Shown here: piece after piece, positions 59,352 to 64,000 of the stretch
Position numbering within the stretch: position 1 is the first letter of the stretch
Layout: each line of letters opens with the position of its first letter
Assembly (NCBI GenBank): GCA_946614135.1
Contig: CAMOGH010000008.1
Span: 447 to 64,446, forward strand
DNA length: 64,000 nt
Direction: 5' to 3'
Source of the DNA: an uncultured Lachnospiraceae bacterium
Lineage (GTDB): Bacteria; Bacillota; Clostridia; Lachnospirales; Lachnospiraceae
The notes under the pieces: model-generated
Databases searched by the model: none
Seen by the model: only the letters and a program-made list of their open reading frames with translations
What the model was told of the DNA's origin: nothing
Program-made: the position numbers and the translations under genes

Positions 59352-59409
59352 ATATTTTGGCGTCCGTTCGTCCATATTTTGGCGTTCGTTCGTCTATATT
59401 TTGGCGTCC
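59352..59409. repeat. 22-nt tandem repeat, about 2.6 copies
   Basis: atattttggcgtccgttcgtcc / atattttggcgttcgttcgtct / atattttggcgtcc, immediately 3' of the S41 peptidase stop. Confidence 0.85.
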
Positions 59410-59416
59410 ACCATAT

Positions 59417-61159
59417 TTAATCTACTTGCTGAAGTATATAATCCTCCCCCTCATCAAATATAGCCTTCACCATCTCTTTTGTTACAGGGATGTATTCATC
59501 AAAATCAACTCTTGCTTTATGATCTTTTAAGGTGTCGATTGCAATGTCTCCTTCTGGAGTAAGATTTGGAACTACTGAAAAAGAAAATGAGCCTGTTGAA
59601 ATATCCATTGCCTGTACAGCCTGACAGGAATTATTACTTTTTGTTATTCCTTTTATTTTTACATTAGGATACTCTCCCATCATGTATACCATATCATCCC
59701 CGGCACTGACTGTCTGGGCATTTACAAGCAGGGTGATATTTCCATCATGCCAAAGATCTTCGCCTTCATAGCTAACAGCCTCTTCTCCTATTATGTATCT
59801 TCCATCTTCTCCTCTTTCATATGTAGCTGTGTTTTCATTTATCTTTGCTGAATAATATGCTAAATGCTTTCCCTCAGGGGCAAAGAGACACGCCACTCCC
59901 CTTACCATAAATGGACTTCCTCCTGTATTTGATCTAAGGTCGATTATTATATTCTTATATCCTGCATCTTTATAGGCTAAAAGCTCGCTTCTAAGCTTAT
60001 CTGTCATTTCACTATAATCTGTGCCAGTATAAGATTTCATATCATAAGCCATCTGATAAATTCTAAGGACAACAGTTTCTTCATTTAAAGCTTCCCAGCC
60101 AAGATTATTTATCTTAAGACCTTTATCAATAGTCATTAATGTATTATAAAGCCTAGGGGCATAAGCTCCCAGCTTATTTACTGTTACAGTCTTTTCTTTT
60201 CCTTCTTCATCAATAAATGAAATCTCTACCGAATCTCCTCCCATACCTGCCACATACATCGGCTTATAGAATTCTTCGTTTTCATCTACAGGTACCTGAA
60301 AGAAATAGTATTTTATATCATCATAATAATCTTCTATATTTTTTCCATTCCATTTAGTGATAACGGTACCATTTTTAATTCCTGCATTTAAAAGACTGAG
60401 CCTGTCATTATCTGAGTTTTTTGTTTTAAATTCTAACCTTGCATCCTTAAATAATTTAATCTCTTCATCTTCTAAGTAATTCCCTTCTTCTAAACTCTTT
60501 ATTGAATAAGAAGCCTTGCTTCCTTCAACATTTACTGCCACAAATTCTCCTGAAGAAAGCTTTATTATTGAAAGTCCGTAATCATTGCCATAGGACTCAC
60601 AAATGATACGGCTCACTTCTTTATCCTTCATATTACCAGGTGCATAACCTACATGACCGTCATAGAATTCCTGAGAAAACTGCTGCCAAAGCTGATAATT
60701 TAAAGTAAGATCCTGCTTTTTATCCGCCTCCTTAAACAAAGGCTGATATTTAAGATAAAGCCCATCAAAATCTATTCCCTTTTCTTCTGACAAAACATAA
60801 TGCTCTTTCATAGTGTTGTAGACATTTTCAAAATCTTCACTTATGGAATATCTTTTATAATTTTTTGAAAATTTCATCATAAGCAAACTGCTTAATGATA
60901 AAAGAAATGCCGCCAAGGCTATGCCCCTTCTTACATTAATCTTCTCCGTAAACAGACTAAGGCAAAGTAAAGAGGAAGCTAAATAAAGCCCCGCCATTAT
61001 CAGATTAAAGCCCACAAAACCAAGCATAATTAAGGCAACTGCCACCGGTACAAAATATAAAACCCTGCCTTTTGGAGTGGGATATTTTTTTAAACGTACT
61101 GACATAAAAAATAGAAATACTGACAGTAATATCTCCAAAATCGCAAATGATATATCCAC
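59417..61159 (-). CDS. Membrane-anchored S41-family (tail-specific/C-terminal processing) peptidase-like protein
   Basis: 580 aa with about 3 N-terminal TM helices. Contains IIIDLRSNTGGS and NAQTVSAGDD motifs. Confidence 0.7.
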   Translation of the reverse strand: MDISFAILEILLSVFLFFMSVRLKKYPTPKGRVLYFVPVAVALIMLGFVGFNLIMAGLYLASSLLCLSLFTEKINVRRGIALAAFLLSLSSLLMMKFSKNYKRYSISEDFENVYNTMKEHYVLSEEKGIDFDGLYLKYQPLFKEADKKQDLTLNYQLWQQFSQEFYDGHVGYAPGNMKDKEVSRIICESYGNDYGLSIIKLSSGEFVAVNVEGSKASYSIKSLEEGNYLEDEEIKLFKDARLEFKTKNSDNDRLSLLNAGIKNGTVITKWNGKNIEDYYDDIKYYFFQVPVDENEEFYKPMYVAGMGGDSVEISFIDEEGKEKTVTVNKLGAYAPRLYNTLMTIDKGLKINNLGWEALNEETVVLRIYQMAYDMKSYTGTDYSEMTDKLRSELLAYKDAGYKNIIIDLRSNTGGSPFMVRGVACLFAPEGKHLAYYSAKINENTATYERGEDGRYIIGEEAVSYEGEDLWHDGNITLLVNAQTVSAGDDMVYMMGEYPNVKIKGITKSNNSCQAVQAMDISTGSFSFSVVPNLTPEGDIAIDTLKDHKARVDFDEYIPVTKEMVKAIFDEGEDYILQQVD

Positions 61160-61193
61160 GGAAATCCTCCTTTTTTATAATCCATCTAATATC

Positions 61194-61991
61194 CTAAAGC
61201 TCATCCCTTTTAAATAGTGCATATCCTAAAAGAAGATAAATGCCCGTTGCAATAAGGGATATGATCACTGTCCCTGCCACCATCTTTACAGTTACTGAGC
61301 TGTCAAAAGCGGCATAAGTCACTAATCCTCTTAAATTGCTGATATTGTAAACACTCCAGCCTTTAAAACCTGATAAAAGATTCAGATTAAACATTGCTGT
61401 AAAAAAATTAGTATGATCTTTTACCGTACCTGAGGTAACAAGGCAAAATGATATGATGCCATAACCAATTCCCAACATTGCATATTGATTTTTTATCAAA
61501 AATGTAAACATTGAAAATAATGCGGCTATCCTGATAAACGGAAATAAATAAAGACATGTTCTTAAAATCACGTCGCTAAGTACCAGTCTGTTTCCAAATC
61601 CCCATCCGATACAGGACGCAACAAGCGGAACAAAACTAAGGATCAGCCCACCAAATGAAGCAACTAATATCGCAATTATATTCCTTGCCATAAAGATACT
61701 TAACCTGGAATGTCCTGACATCACCTCATAATTAATAACCTTATCTTTAAAATCTCCGCCAGCTATCATAGCAACAGCAAATAAAACAAAATACATCCCC
61801 ATCATATATGAAAAACTGTTTCCCTCTGCAAGCATTGCACTAGCTGATTCTTCACAAAATGAATTTTCTCCTATATTGATAAAAACTAATAAAATATTTA
61901 ACAGAGCTAGTCCTATAAATGCCAGCTTTAAAGATTTATTTTTTCTTATCTCATATAATAACGATCTGATCATATTTTTCATAATCATCAA
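61194..61991 (-). CDS. ABC-2 family permease
   Basis: 265 aa with 6 TM helices. Overlaps the upstream permease gene by 4 nt. Confidence 0.7.
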   Translation of the reverse strand: MMIMKNMIRSLLYEIRKNKSLKLAFIGLALLNILLVFINIGENSFCEESASAMLAEGNSFSYMMGMYFVLFAVAMIAGGDFKDKVINYEVMSGHSRLSIFMARNIIAILVASFGGLILSFVPLVASCIGWGFGNRLVLSDVILRTCLYLFPFIRIAALFSMFTFLIKNQYAMLGIGYGIISFCLVTSGTVKDHTNFFTAMFNLNLLSGFKGWSVYNISNLRGLVTYAAFDSSVTVKMVAGTVIISLIATGIYLLLGYALFKRDEL

Positions 61992-62797
61992 CCCTTGTCT
62001 TTCTTTTTAAAATATAAATAGGCTCCTATAATATAAATAGCTGCCATGATAAGTGATACATAACATGTCTTCCTTACCATTTCACTATTTGTACTAAAAT
62101 CAAACCAGTTTATGACCCTTCCCTCTTTAACAGTCTGCCACGAGTTGTTAACCTCTGCCAGCTTAGTGAGATTTGAAAGACTTAAAAAATTAAAATACTC
62201 TTCTTTATTTTGAGTTTCATCTAAGACAGAATCAAAAACAGCCTCAATAAGGACAATAAGGTAACTAACTCCAATTCCTGCGCCACAGCTATCAGCCAGA
62301 ACTGTTATCAGCATAAAAAGTGCAGATAGTCTGAGTATAGGAAAAAACAAAAGTCCATTTCTTATAAGCATCTCATTTAAGGAACAATTATCTCCCCAGC
62401 CATTGATAAAAATCACTACAACATAAGGCAGGAATATGGTGATCATTACAAATATGACACTCCAGAAAAAACCATTTATCACTCTTGCAAAAAACACCTT
62501 TTCTCTGCTGTGACCATTCATTAATTCATAATTTATTGTCTTATCACTGCTATCTCCTCCCACAGTCTTAGCCGCAAAGATCATAATGATAAAAATATTA
62601 AATGCAACAATATCCTCATTGAGAAGAATATGATACATTGATCCTGTAATATTTGAAAAATCTATTTCCTGCATCATTCTGGTAAAATAAATTCCAAGGA
62701 AAGGCAGAGCTATAGCTGTAAGTATCGTAAGCACCACCAGTAGATCACGGCGAAGCGAATAATTTTGAGATTTTATAATATTAAACATAAGCATCAC
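61988..62797 (-). CDS. ABC-2 family permease
   Basis: 269 aa with 6 TM helices. Overlaps the ATPase gene by 4 nt. Confidence 0.7.
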   Translation of the reverse strand: MMLMFNIIKSQNYSLRRDLLVVLTILTAIALPFLGIYFTRMMQEIDFSNITGSMYHILLNEDIVAFNIFIIMIFAAKTVGGDSSDKTINYELMNGHSREKVFFARVINGFFWSVIFVMITIFLPYVVVIFINGWGDNCSLNEMLIRNGLLFFPILRLSALFMLITVLADSCGAGIGVSYLIVLIEAVFDSVLDETQNKEEYFNFLSLSNLTKLAEVNNSWQTVKEGRVINWFDFSTNSEMVRKTCYVSLIMAAIYIIGAYLYFKKKDKG

Positions 62798-63708
62798 TCC
62801 TCTTGTACCTTACGCATATAGTAATCTTCCAGGTTGATTTCATTTCTCGATATTTCAACCGGAATCACATTGTCCTTATAAAGACTAAGGGAAATGTTCC
62901 TTATGTCCTCTAAGCCGTCATAGATCCTTATCTTTCCTGATTCCTGCACATCCAGATTTTTTATAGCGCATTTTTCAGTAAGAATTGTACAGGCCTTTTC
63001 ATTATTATCTGTATCAATCTCAATATATTCACTGCACTGAGCCCTAAGTTCATCAGCAGTAAATATTCCTTTAATCTTGCCCTTATTTATAAAAATGTAA
63101 TCCGTACAGAGAAGTGAAAGTTCACTTAATATATGAGATGAAATTACAAGTGTTACTCCTTCTTCTTTATTTATCTTCTTAAAGAGTTCTCTCATCTCAA
63201 CTATACCTTCCGGATCAAGACCATTAATCGGCTCATCAAGCACCATAAATTCTGGTTTTCCAAGAAGAGCATTTGCAAGTCCCAGTCTCTGTCTCATTCC
63301 AAGCGAAAAATTCTTCACCACCTTCTTACCAGTATTAAGAAGGTTAACCTGCTTTAACACTTCATCAATCCTCTGCTTATCAGGGATGCCTTTCTGAAGT
63401 CTCTGTTTTTCCAGATTCTCTTTGGCTGTCATCTTCTCTTTTTCATAAGGAGTCTCTATCATAAAGCTCATTCTTGTTCTGGCATGATTAAGACCTTTTT
63501 CACTGCTCTCACCATACATTTCAATGCTTCCATCAGTAGGATAAGCCAGCCCTCCAAGTATTTTCATTATGGTGGTCTTGCCGGCTCCATTTGGACCGAT
63601 AAGGCCTACTATAGAACCTTTTTTTATTTCAAAACTTACATGATCTAAAGCAAGTTGTTTTTTATATTGCTTTGTCAGATCATTAACTCTTACAATGCTT
63701 TCCGACAT
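62794..63708 (-). CDS. ABC transporter ATP-binding protein
   Basis: Start MSESIVRVNDL after AAGGAG. Walker A GPNGAGKTT, signature FSLGMRQR, Walker B MVLDEP. Confidence 0.85.
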   Translation of the reverse strand: MSESIVRVNDLTKQYKKQLALDHVSFEIKKGSIVGLIGPNGAGKTTIMKILGGLAYPTDGSIEMYGESSEKGLNHARTRMSFMIETPYEKEKMTAKENLEKQRLQKGIPDKQRIDEVLKQVNLLNTGKKVVKNFSLGMRQRLGLANALLGKPEFMVLDEPINGLDPEGIVEMRELFKKINKEEGVTLVISSHILSELSLLCTDYIFINKGKIKGIFTADELRAQCSEYIEIDTDNNEKACTILTEKCAIKNLDVQESGKIRIYDGLEDIRNISLSLYKDNVIPVEISRNEINLEDYYMRKVQEE

Positions 63709-63842
63709 ATTTTTCTCCTTTTCTAGGTATCTAAATAACCTCATACTTTCTTTACAATGATCATGATAAAAGTTAAATATAAAGAAATTCTTAAATAATT
63801 TAAAATTTTTTAAAATAAAAAAGTGCGCCAAAATCCGCACTA

Positions 63843-63882
63843 AAAAAACCTCTCTACTGTTTAAATCAGTAAAGAGGTTTTT
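63843..63882 (-). terminator. Terminator after the histidine kinase gene
   Basis: Stem cctctttactg / cagtagagagg (1 mismatch) followed by T-runs. Confidence 0.65.
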
Positions 63883-63884
63883 AT

Positions 63885-64000
63885 TTAGTCCTGTAAAAAA
63901 TAAAGATCAAAATATATAAAATCATCTTCTATCTTAGCTTTGATCTTTGCCTTCTGTTTTTCCAAGAGAAGCTTTGCTATATAAAGACCTAGTCCTGCAC
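63885..64000 (-). CDS. Sensor histidine kinase, C-terminal fragment (continues beyond the window)
   Basis: The open frame ends ...GLGLYIAKLLLEKQKAKIKAKIEDDFIYFDLYFLQD*. GLGLYI is the G2 box of the HATPase domain. Confidence 0.6.
   Translation of the reverse strand, partial: AGLGLYIAKLLLEKQKAKIKAKIEDDFIYFDLYFLQD

Noticed and set aside
59352-59409. Possible CRISPR array
   Set aside because: There are only about 2.6 directly abutting 22-nt units with no spacers and no cas genes in the window. It is a simple tandem repeat.

Overview
This is a low-GC Firmicutes (Clostridia-like) chromosomal segment with about 60 genes. Almost all are on the minus strand; the exception is a murC-dnaD/dnaI-prs block on the plus strand. 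Recognisable core content: a Trp T-box-controlled trpEGDCBA operon with no trpF, an ABC-F ATPase, tRNA-Gln and tRNA-Arg, rpmG-secE-nusG-rplK-rplA, rsuA-like/uppP, tagGH-like exporter genes, ilvE, nadBC, cysK plus a LysR regulator, sufCBDSU, an SbcCD-like pair, PAS and GGDEF-EAL signalling proteins, YgiQ, an AAC(3)-family acetyltransferase, and a histidine kinase / ABC / S41 peptidase module. The most interesting part is an AT-rich accessory stretch between the two tRNAs and rplA. It holds a tightly packed five-gene operon at 16.2-20.8 kb: two radical SAM/SPASM maturases, an ABC-2 transporter pair, and a 54-aa Cys-ladder, Ala/Gly/Ser/Thr/Val-rich peptide. I read this operon as a candidate new sactipeptide-like RiPP system. 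Its first maturase is frame-broken at an A8 run inside the SPASM domain. Next to it are a 1141-aa cell-wall-repeat/Big_2/propeller surface protein and an orphan carrier protein / unknown protein / Sfp-type PPTase trio. All calls come from reading the sequence and the ORF track by eye. No database search was run.
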